Below the pieces are notes generated by a model. It ran no database searches and had not been told where the DNA came from. It worked only from the letters and a program-made list of their open reading frames with translations. 64,000 bases of DNA from Eledone cirrhosa. Taxonomy: Eukaryota. Shown here one piece after another: positions 53,204-64,000 of this stretch. Position numbers and translations under genes: made by a program. Within the stretch, counting starts at the first letter, position 1. Every line of letters begins with the position of its first letter. The stretch is taken from contig OZ024755.1 of the NCBI GenBank assembly GCA_964016885.1, positions 14,198,001-14,262,000 of the forward strand, read 5' to 3'.

Positions 53204-56200
53204 AATATACCTGTAAACATATGTATATAAATTATTGTCAAATTTACATAAATATATATTTTTAATATCGTGTTTAATACTACATTTTGTGTCGTCTGGT
53301 TTCCCTTCGTTTAATCACTACATAACTCTCAACTCACTCCCCTTCATTTGTTACTGTCTCACTCTTTCTTTCGTCTTTTCACCTCTAACACAGCCTCTCC
53401 TTTTGCCAGTCCCTCTCTTTCTCTTTATTCTTCGTCTCTTTCTCTCTGTCGCTGTTTCCCTCCTATAATCACTTTTTCTCTTTCTTTTTGTTTCCCCCAC
53501 TCACTTACTGTGCACTTTCTACTTCCCTCTCCTTCTCTCTCTCTGCGGCTCCTTTGTATTTCTCTCCGTTTCACACCCTCTCTTTCTCTGTCTTTACATG
53601 TGACCTCCTCCTACCACCACAATATCTCCTTTCTCACCTTTTCACCAACCAAACATTAAACACTGTTACCTCACCTCTTCTCTTCTCCGTTCTCTCTCCT
53701 GGCATAAAATTGCGGGTGTGCAAATTCAGATGAATTTTAAAGTCAAGGGGGAAGTAATTCTGTAAGCAGACCCCCTCCTGCCACCATACTATCTTCTTTC
53801 TGTTTCTCTCACCAAACACTCTCACCTCCCCTCCGAAGTAAATATATAAACAAACGGAAAGACACCAAGTCCCTATGTGGGCGCTCTACCAGGTAAAAAT
53901 ATCTCGAACAAAATAAATTAATTAATAAAAGCCGACAATAAAACATCAATGTATTCGCCATAATTACATTCACACCTTTATAATAAAATGTTGATAACGA
54001 AAATAAAGTAAATGTAAACTGAAAAGTTAAACATCGTGATGTTCCGGTAAAAGTATTCGTGTTGTGTTGGCAGACGATGTGTGTGTGTGTATATATATAT
54101 ATAAATATACCTGTAAACATATGTATATAGTTATTTATGTATGTATGTATATAAATTATTGTCAAATTTGCATAAATATATATTTTTAATATCGTGTTTA
54201 ATACTTCATTTTGTGTCGTCTGGTTTCCCTCCATTTAATCACGACATAACTCTCAACTGACTCCCCTTCTCTTATTTACTGTCTTCCCTCTCTCTATCTT
54301 TCTTTCTCACCCCTTCTCTTCCTCGTTCTCTCTCCTGGCATAAAATTGCGGGTGTGCAAATTCAAGATGAATTTTAAAGTCAAGGGGGAAGTAATTCTGT
54401 AAGCAGACCCCCTCCTGCCACCATACTATCTTCTTTCTGTTTCTCTCACCAAACACTCTCACCTCACCTCCGAAGTAAATATGTAAACAAACTGTCTTCC
54501 CTCTCTCTATCTTTCTTTCTCACCCCTTCTCTTCCCCGTTCTCTCTCCTGGCATAAAATTGCGGGTGTGCAAATTCAGATGAATTTTACAGTCAAGGGGG
54601 AAGTAATTCTGTAAGCATACCTCCTCCTACTACCATACTATCTTCTTTCTGTCTCTCTCACCAACCAAACGTAAATACTCTCACCTCACCTCTTTCCCTA
54701 GAATGACAAGTCCCTACGTGGGTGCTCTACCAGGTAACAATAGCACGAACAAAATAAATAAATCAATAAAACATCAATGTATTCGTCATAATTACTTTCA
54801 TAATTTTATGATAAAACTTTGATATGGAAAATAACGAAATAAATGTAAAATGAAACCTAAATTTTGTGAAATTCCGGTAAAAATATTCGTGTTGTATTGG
54901 CAACGATAGGTGTGTGTGTGTAAATATATATATATACATACCTGTAAACATGTATATATTTATATATGCATGTATGGATATAAATGATTGTCTTATTTAC
55001 AGAAATATTTTTCTAATATCGTGTTTAATACTTCATATTGTGTCGTCCGGTTTCCTTCCATTTAACCACTACATAACTCTTAACTGACTCCCCTTCTCTT
55101 ACTTACTGTCTTACCCTCTCTCCATCTTTCTTTCTCCTCTAACCTAGCATCTCCTCTCTCTCTCTCTCTTTGCCAGCCCCTTCTCTCACACAGCCTTTTC
55201 TCCCTCTCTCTGGCGCTGTTTCCCTCCTATAGTCTTTCTTTTTTGTCTTTCTCTCCCAAATCCTTCTTTCTCTTTTTGACCCTCTTATTCTCTTTCTCTC
55301 TCGGTAGCAGCTCCTCTGTATTTCTCTGCCTTTCTCTCTCTTTCACTCCCCACTCTCTGTCTTTACATCTGACCTCCTCCTATCACCACCCATCTCCTTT
55401 CTCTCTTTCACCTCTTTTTTTCTCCGTTCTCTCTCCTGGAATAAAATTGCGTGTGTGCAAGCATAGATGAATTTTACAGTCTAGGGGGAAGTAATTCTGT
55501 AAGCATACCCCCTCCTACTACCATACTATTTTCTTTCTGTCTCTCTCACCAACCAAACAAACACTCTCACCTCTCCTCTTCTCCGAAATAAATATGTAAA
55601 CAAACAGAACGACACCAAGTCTCTACGTGGGCGCTCCACCAGGTAAAAATAGCTGGAACAAAATAAATAAATTAGTAAAACCTGACAATAAAACATCAAC
55701 GTATTCGCCTTAATTACATTCACAATAAAACATTGATAAGGAAAATTAACAAAGTAAAGGAAAAATGAAAGCCTAAACTTCGCAAAATTCCGGTAAAAGC
55801 ATTCGTGCTGTGTTGGCAGACCATATGCGTGTGTGTGTATATAAATATACCTGTAAACATGTATATAATTTATTGTCTTATTTACATAAATATTTTTTTC
55901 TAAAAATCGTGTTTAATTCTTCATATTGTGTTGTCTGGTTTCCTTCCATTTAGTCACCACTTCACTCTCAAATGACTCCCCTTCATTTAGTTACTGTCTC
56001 TCCCTATCAATCTTTCCCCTCTAACACAACCTTTCCTTTCTCTCTCTCTTTTTGCCAGTCCCTTCTCTCACAGCTTTTTCTCCGTCTCTCTCTAATTTCC
56101 CTTTCTTTTTTGTCGCTTTCTCATAGTCACTTTTCCCTTTCTTTTTGTTTCTCCCTCTCTTTTACTCTGCACTTCTACTCCCCCCTCTCTCTCTCTCTCT

Positions 56201-56525
56201 GCAGCTCCTCTTTATTTCTATGCTTTTCTCTCCCTTTCACACACTCTCTCTCTCTGTCTTTACATCAGACCTCCTACCATTACACAATCTCCTTTCTCTC
56301 ACTAACCAATCATAAACACTGTCACCTCTCCTCTTCCCTGTTTTCCCTCCTGGAATAAAATTGCGGGTGTGCAAAATCAGATGAATTTTACAGTCCAGGG
56401 GGAAGTAATTCTGTAAGCATACCTCCTCCTACCACCATACTAATTTCTTTCTGTCTCTCTCACCAACCAAACGTAAACACTCTCACCTCAACTCTTCCCC
56501 ATTCTCCCATGCGGGTGTGCAAAAT
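45243..56525 (+). repeat. Complex tandem array, forward block: ~15 related subunits with a 1558-1559-bp higher-order unit (636 + 923 bp)
   Basis: Core ATTGCGGGTGTGCAAATTCAGATG recurs at about 45690, 46561, 47485, 48122, 49043, 49679, 50602, 51238, 52161, 52797, 53709, 54345, 54558, 55446 and 56360. Near-identical ORFs in the track recur at 47114, 48672, 50230, 51789 and 53348. Confidence 0.95.
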
Positions 56526-56539
56526 CAATTCACTTTTAC

Positions 56540-59500
56540 TATTTATATATACACACATACACATGTTACTATCGTATGCCACCAAAACACGAATACTTTT
56601 ACTGGAATTTCACGAAGTTTAGGTTTTTACTTTACATTTACTTCGTAATTTTCCTTTTCGAAGTTTTATTATAAAGTTGTGAATGTAATCATGTTTTATT
56701 GTCAGGTTTTATTAATTTATTTATGTTAATCGAGATATTTTTACCTTGTAGAGCGCCAACGTTGGGACTTGGTGTCTTTCCGTTTGTTTACATATTTATT
56801 TCGGAGAAGAGGGGGACGTGAGAGTGTTTGTTTGGTTGGTGAGAGAGACAGAAAGAAGATAGTATGGTGGTAGGAGGGGGTATGCTTACAGAATTACTTC
56901 CCCTTGGACTGTAAAATTGTCTGAGTTTTCACACCCGCAATTTTATTCCAGGAGCGAGAAGAGGTGAGAGTGTTTTTGTTTGGTTGGTGAGTGACACAAA
57001 GAAGATAGTGTGGTGGTAGGAGACAAAGTGACAGAGGGAAGCAGCGACAGAGATAAAGAGTCAGAAAAAGGAAAGGAAAGAGACAGAGAAGGACGTGGGA
57101 GGGGGCTGGCAAAAGGAGAGTGTCTGTTAGAGGGGAAAAAGATAGAGAAAGAGTAAGACAGTAAGTAAATGAAAAGGAGTATTGAAAGTTATATCGTGAT
57201 TATATAGTGATTAAATGGAAGGAAACCAGACGACACAATATGAAGTATTAAACACGATATTAGAAAAAATATTCATTTAAATAAGACAATAATTTATATA
57301 CATACATGCATACATAAATATATACATATTTACAGGTATGTTTATATATATATTCACACACGCGCATATCGTTTGCCAACACATCACGAATTACTTTTAC
57401 CAGAATTTCACGAAGTTTAGGTTTTTACTTAACATTCATTTCGTAGTTTTATTATAAAGTTTTATCGTCGGATTTTTTCGAGATATTTTTACCTGGTAGA
57501 GCGCCAATGTTGGGACATGGTGTCTTTCCGTTTGTTTACATATTTAATTCGGAGAAGAGGGGAGGTGAGAGGTTTGTTTGGTGAGACAGAAAGAAAATAG
57601 TATGGTGGTAGGAGGGGGTATGCTTACAGAATTACTTCCCCCTGGACTGTAAAATTGATCTGAATTTGCACACCCGCAATTTTATTCCAGAAGAGAGAAC
57701 GGAGAAGAGATGATAGTGTTTATGTTTGGTTGGTGAAAGAGAGAAAGGAGATCGTGTGGTGGTAGGAGGAGGTCAGATGTAAAGACAGAGAGAGGGAGAG
57801 AAATGCAGAGAAATACAAATGAGCTACAGAGAGACATACCGAAAATAAGAGGGTCAAAAAGAAAAAGTAGGATTTGGGAATGAGAGGGAAGTAGAAAGTG
57901 CAGAGTAAGAGAGAGGGGAAACAAAAAGAAAGAGTAAAAGTTACTATAGGAAGGAAACAGCGCCAGAGAGAGAGAGACGAAGAAAAGATTGTGTGAGAGA
58001 AGGGGCTGGTATAGAGAGAGTGAGAGAGAAACAGTAAGTAAATGAAGGGGAGTCAGTTGAAAGTTATGTTGTGATTAAATGGAAGAAAACCAGACGACAA
58101 TATGAAGTATTAAAAACGATATTGGAAATATATTTTTGTAAATAAGGTAATAATTTCTATACATATGTTTACAGGTATATTTATATATACACACACACGC
58201 ATATAACTGTCGTCTGCCAACACAACACGAATACTTTTGCCGGAATTTCACGAAGTTTAGGTTTTCTCTTTACATTTACTTCGTTATTTTCCTTATCAAA
58301 ATTTTATTATAAAGTTGTGAATGTAATTAAGGCGAATACATTGATGTTTTATTGTCGGGTTTTATTGATTTATTTATTTTGTTCGAGATATTTTTACCTG
58401 ATAGAGCGCCCACGTAGGGACATGTTGTCATTCTGTTTGTTTACATATTTATTTCGCCCCTGACTGTAAAAATGATCTGGTTTTGCACACCCGCAATGAG
58501 AGAAAGGAGAAGAGGTGAGGTGAGAGTGTTTACGTTTGGTTGGTGAGAGAGACAGAAAGAAGATAGTATGGTGGTAGGAGGGGGTATGCTTACAGAATTA
58601 CTTCCCCTTGGACTGTAAAATTGATCTGAATTTGCACACCCGCAATTTTATTCCAGAAGAGAGAACGGAGAAGAGATGATAGTGTTTATGTTTGGTTGGT
58701 GAAAGAGAGAAAGGAGATCGTGTGGTGGTAGGAGGAGGTCAGATGTAAAGACAGAGAGAGGGAGAGAAATGCAGAGAAATACAAATGAGCTGCAGAGAGA
58801 CATACCGAAAATAAGAGGGTCAAAAAGAAAAAGTAGGATTTGGGAATGAGAGGGAAGTAGAAAGTGCAGAGTAAGAGAGAGAGGGGAAACAAAAAGAAAG
58901 AGTAAAAGTTACTATAGGAAGGAAACAGCGCCAGAGAGAGAGAGACGAAGAAAAGATTGTGTGAGAGAAGGGGCTGGTATAGAGAGAGTGAGAGAGAAAC
59001 AGTAAGTAAATGAAGGGGAGTCAGTTGAAAGTTATGTTGTGATTAAATGGAAGAAAACCAGACGACAATATGAAGTATTAAAAACGATATTGGAAATATA
59101 TTTTTGTAAATAAGGTAATAATTTCTATACATATGTTTACAGGTATATTTATATATACACACACACGCATATAACTGTCGTCTGCCAACACAACACGAAT
59201 ACTTTTGCCGGAATTTCACGAAGTTTAGGTTTTCTCTTTACATTTACTTCGTTATTTTCCTTATCAAAATTTTATTATAAAGTTGTGAATGTAATTAAGG
59301 CGAATACATTGATGTTTTATTGTCTCGTTTTATTGATTTATTTATTTTGTTCGAGATATTTTTACCTGATAGAGCGCCCACGTAGGGACCTGTTGTCATT
59401 CTGTTTGTTTACATATTTATTTCGCCCCTGACTGTAAAAGTGATCTGGTTTTGCACACCCGCAATGAGAGAAAGGAGAAGAGGTGAGGTGAGAGTGTTTA

Positions 59501-59850
59501 CGTTTGGTTGGTGAGAGAGACAGAAAGAAGATAGTATGGTGGTAGGAGGGGGTATGCTTACAGAATTACTTCCCCTTGGACTGTAAAATTGATCTGAGTT
59601 TGCACACCCGCAATTTTATTCCAGGAGAGAGAACGGAGAAGAGAAAAAGTGCGGTAACAGTGTTTATGTTTGGTTGGTGAGGAAGAGAGAAAGGAGATAG
59701 TGTGGTGGTAGAAGGGGTCAGATGTAAAGACAGATAGGGAGAGAAATACATAGGAGGTAAGGCTGAGAGAAGGAAAGAGAATAAGAGCGTCAAAAGGAGA
59801 GGGAAGTAGAATGTGCAGAGTAAGAGAGAGGGAAAGAAAAAAGAAAGTGA
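56540..59850 (-). repeat. Same tandem family, inverted block with a 968-bp duplication
   Basis: Reverse-complement core (CACACCCGCAAT) at about 56930, 57670, 58487, 58635, 59455 and 59605. Segment ~57590-58560 is repeated 968 bp later. Confidence 0.92.
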
Positions 59851-60439
59851 CCGGGTGATGCATTGAGTCCATGAGCAAGACACTTTATTTCATGTTGCTA
59901 CAGTTTACTCAGCTGTAGAAATGTCAGTGGTGCCCAGCTGTATTGGGCATTGACTTTCCCTTTCCATTGGACAACATTGGTAGCGTGGAGATTGGCATAC
60001 GTGGGCAACTGCTGGTCTTCCACAAACACATCTTGCCCAGGCTTGTGCCTCGGAGGGAAACTTTTTTAGGTGCAAAATCATAGTTATTCATGACCGAAGG
60101 TCGCCTACAGTAAATGAAAATTATTCTCACCAATTTTATTTTGTACTTGTTTCGGTAGTACATATACTATATTAATACTATTGTTACCATATTTCTAATG
60201 AAAAATACTGCCTATAATTCGGAAAATAATCAAGAATTTTGAGAGATTTAATAATATAACTAATCTATTCATTATTAAGGTAATGTTTGGAACATAGCTT
60301 AACAAATGGTCTTACATAAAATTATGATGGAAGATTTATAGATGAATATAAACATTTTAAAATAGAGAGTTTGTATGCAGAACCAGGGGTGGTTTGGTAT
60401 CAAATAAGTTAAGGTTGTGGATTTGCAATACTTATGAGT

Positions 60440-60725
60440 TAGTTTGGAATTGTCAGAATAAGTAGTGACTTAGCAGAATAGTAGACATATTGGTAGAGTA
60501 GGTGGTGAACTTGCAGTGAAGGTAGTGAATTGACAGAGTGGTGCCTAATTGACAGAATAGGAGTTAAATTGGTAAAATATGTGGGGGAGTTAGAAAAGAA
60601 AGGGACAAATTGGCAGAGTAGGTAATGACTTGGCAGATTAGGTGATGAATTGGTTGAGTAGATAGGAAATTGGCAGATTGGGTGATGAATTGGCAGATTA
60701 GCTGATGAATTGGTAAATTAATTGA
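60440..60725. repeat. Degenerate ~21-bp minisatellite
   Basis: Recurring AATTGGCAGA(T/G)TAGGTG-like units. Confidence 0.65.
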
Positions 60726-61240
60726 TGTAGTGGAGGAACTGTTAGAGTTCAAATCGCCTCAAAATTAACTTTGCCTTTCACCTTCTCTTAAAATAAAATA
60801 ACAGACCAATGTGGTAGATTAGCAGATTTATTGGAGCATCAGGCAACATATTTGTTCTGCAGTAGTTATTCTTGCCCTTTGTGTTCTAAGTTCAAATCAA
60901 GCTGTGACTTATTTAGGTGGTAGATGTATGCCACTCAGTTGTCAGCATTCAGACCATGTCTCCAGTTTGAGGATATCTTTCCTTCTTTCTCTCTCTTCTA
61001 TCAATCTTAGTCTCCAACTAAACATTTAAACAAAATAATATGAAGGATCCTCTACATAGTTGCTTGGCTTGTTAAAAACAACTGCTACATCTCCCTCAAA
61101 CCATATTCAAAATGTCCCCATAATGAAATGACAATGGACAATGTAGTCCCTGATATACAGTGGAGTCACAGGACAAACACCTTTGATCATAAGTCCACTA
61201 GATCAGGGCTGACCTAGGGTTAAACAACAACACTTTATAT

Positions 61241-61241
<1 letters not shown>

Positions 61242-61273
<32 letters not shown>

Positions 61274-62892
61274 GTTTAACGTCCATCTTCCACGCTTGCA
61301 TGGGTTTGGATGGGAGTTTTCCCACTTGAGGCAAGATTGGTTGTCCTGCTCGTATAGGACTGTCTGGCGGGTTTTCTATGGCTGGATGCCCTTCCTAACA
61401 CCAACCACGTTTACAGTGTGGACTGGGATGTTTTTACCGTGTTACCTACACGGCCACATTACAGCGTGGACTGTGTGTTTTTTTGTCGTGACACCTACAC
61501 GACCTCATTTGTTTCGGACTGGATGTTGTGGTACCAACATAACTTCACATTTAAGGGGGTGGTGTGGATGGGGTGGCGGTAGTGGGACAGGGGTGTATTT
61601 TGTTAGAGGTGCCTACTGACTGTAGGTTTTGCTTTGTACTTAGGCAAGGCGGGTCTTCTTTATTACTGTGTAGCGCCAAAGATCTCGGTCCAATGACATT
61701 GTCTTGGAGAGGTGTAAGTGTGTGAGGTCGGAATTTATCAAGTCGTCCCAGGTTTTTCTGGGTCTGCCTACTCCGTGGCTACCGTCTATTTTTATTGCCC
61801 TGCACTTTTTTATACAGCTGTCGTCTTTCATGCGCATCACGTGACCGTACCAACGTAGTCTTCTCTCGAGTAAACAACATCTGATCCCTCTTATTCCTAA
61901 TTTCTCCCTTAGTTCGTTTATGCTTTGCCGTTCATGTATATTACTATTACACACCCAGCAGAGCATGCAAGCTTCGTTTCTCTCCAGTCTGTGTATATCA
62001 TCTGCACACAATGCCCAGGTCTCACTGCCATGTAGCATTGCTGTTCGTATGCAGGCATCATACAGCCTGCCTTTCATTTTTAGAGAGAACCCTTTAGCGG
62101 CCAATAGTGGTATAAGCTCTCTGAACTATTTCCATCCCGTTCTGACTCTAGCTACTGTACTTTCAGAGCACCCTCCCCCACTGCTGATTTTGTCAACCAG
62201 GTAATGGAAGCTGTCCACTATTTCTATAGAACCATCTGTGCAATGGAATGAGCTAGTATTCTGTAGGCACTTGCTGCTACTTATTGCCCCAGAGCACCGG
62301 CCACATATAAAATCTATATTCTTAGTTAGCTTACCTGTGATCCCACTACATCTTTTATGCACCCATACTTTGCATTTGGGACATAAAATGGAGTTTCTGC
62401 CTACTCCTTTCCTAGACACTGAGCATGGCCATTTCCCAGATGGGACCGGTGCCCTATTTTCCTTCCTACAAACTAGGACTTTAGTCTTAGACAAGTTAAC
62501 TTTAAGGCCTTTTGATTCTAGGCCATGCTTCTATGTTTGGAATTTCTTCTCTAGTTCAGCCATTGATTCAGCTATGAGCGTTAGATCATCTGCATATAGG
62601 AGTTCCCATGGGCAGCCGGTCTTGAACTCCTCTGTTATAGCCTGAAGGGCAATAATAAATAGTAGGGGGCTAAGGACTGAGCCCTGATGAACACCAACTT
62701 TTGCGCTAAACTCTTCACTATATTCGTTGTTAATTCTAACCTTGCTGACTGTTTCTTTATACATGGCTTGTATAGCTCTCACAAGCCATTCATCAACACC
62801 TAGTTTTCTAAGGGCCCACCAGATAATCGAGCAGGGTACTCTGTCAAAGGCTTTCTCCAAGTCAACAAAAGCTAAGTATAGGGGTTTACTTT
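61242..62892 (-). mobile_element. RTE-clade LINE, 5'-truncated and disrupted (reverse transcriptase, C-terminus, 3'UTR and (GAT)n tail)
   Basis: ORF pieces with FVDLEKAFDRV, GVHQGSVLSPLLF, LLYADDL, a PHD-like insert (WPCS...ILCPKCKVWVHKRCSG) and RRLRWYGHVMRM...GRPRKTW. Broken by stops. (CAT)n at 61242-61272. Confidence 0.93.
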
Positions 62893-62952
62893 TAATATAT
62901 ATATTATTCAGAATATTAATAAATGAAGACATTCACATAATCAAAATATGTG

Positions 62953-63014
62953 TTTTATTATATATATTTTGAAGGTACTGTGCTGTTTTTTCAGTACTTC
63001 CTCGTCAGATAAAA
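62953..63014 (-). ncRNA. Hammerhead motif of the same family as 40039-40100, core mutated (GAAA to AAAA)
   Basis: TCGTCAG at 63002-63008 with the same stem II sequence. G12A at 62970. Confidence 0.75.
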
Positions 63015-64000
63015 TACATGAATTGGTGTATGACATACCTCAACGGTCTTGAAAGTTCAATTCCAGTATTGGCAGTTAAAAATAAAATAGTTATATATAG
63101 CCAAGGGCGGTGCCCCAGCATGGCCTCAGCCGGATGGCTGAAACAGGTAAAAGAGTATATATATATGGTGAAAGCTGAGTGGTTGGAGAATTGGATTTGC
63201 AATCACGAGGTTGTGATTTTGATTCCCGGACCAGGCGATGTGTTATGTCCTTGAGATAGACACTTTATTTCATGTTGCTCCTTCTGCCTGGATTTGCAAC
63301 CGATAGATAGTATTAGCAATTGGTTTCCTCGGTCCAATTTGATGAGCTCCAACCCACTCATTACACAAATGAGGTCTGGGATCTTGTTGATTGACTGTCA
63401 AATATATATATATCATCAACATCGTTTAATGTCTATCTTCCACTCTAGCATGGGTTAGACGGATTTGTCCCATTTAGAAGCAAAATGGGTTGGGTGACTG
63501 TGTCTCACTCATATAGGACTGTTTCTGGCTGGTTTTCTATGGTTGGATGCCCTTCTTAGCGCCAAACACATTTACAGTGTCTTTTATACGACCACTTTAT
63601 AGTGTGGGCTGGATGTTTTGTGGTACCACCATAACATACATATACATCATGATAGTGATATATATATATATACATTTGTGCGTACACACATATATTATCA
63701 TCATTACTACCATTTTACGTATATTTTCCATGCTAGCATGGGTTAGACTAGTTGCCCTATTGTGGGCAGTGCTAGGTCAGGTGACCATGTCTTGCTCATG
63801 CAGGACTGATTCTGGCTTGGTTTCTACTGCTGGATGCCCTTCCTAATGCCAACCTCATTTACAGTGAGTACTGGGTGTTTTTTGTTGTGATGCCTCCACG
63901 ACCACTTAACAGTGTAGGCTGGGTACTTTTTGCTGTGTCACCATCACGATCACTTTACAGTGAGGGCTAGGGGCTTCAATGAATGCATTTACTTCGGCCT

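Noticed and set aside
45808-54234. Repeated 100-140-aa ORFs in the tandem array (MANTLMFYCR..., MLLSHSFFRL...)
   Set aside because: No recognisable domain. Lengths and frames vary with microsatellite slippage, and they break in diverged copies. Recurrence only reflects the DNA repeat.
45243-59850. Array as CRISPR, 5S rDNA, snRNA, spliced-leader or histone cluster
   Set aside because: No repeat-spacer structure with unique spacers. Only a few-nucleotide resemblance to 5S (CCTGG.AATA..CGGGTG). No U1/U2/U6 or histone sequence recognised.
61640-62932. Active reverse transcriptase gene or novel RT system
   Set aside because: An ordinary RTE LINE: 5'-truncated, lacking the endonuclease and split by stops.

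Overview
AT-rich, repeat-dense animal genomic DNA. The RTE/CR1 LINE fragments, tRNA-derived SINEs and extensive (TA)n/(CAT)n tracts suggest an invertebrate, plausibly an octopus or other cephalopod (inference only). Most entries in the ORF track are microsatellite or repeat noise. There are two real genes. The first is the 5' part of an ECT2/pebble-like RhoGEF gene on the minus strand: four spliced coding exons from 24302 down to 8768 encoding the N-terminal BRCT0 region. The second is a divergently oriented, intronless rho-class glutathione S-transferase (28957-29631). The most unusual region is a (TA)n desert at about 39.5-44.5 kb. It holds a Penelope-like GIY-YIG endonuclease remnant and several ~300-bp foldback elements, two of which carry minimal type I hammerhead ribozyme motifs in their arms. 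Five such motifs lie here and a sixth at ~63 kb. Next comes a ~14.6-kb complex tandem array with a 1559-bp higher-order unit, an internal orientation switch and a conserved hairpin core. A 5'-truncated RTE LINE lies near the end of the window.
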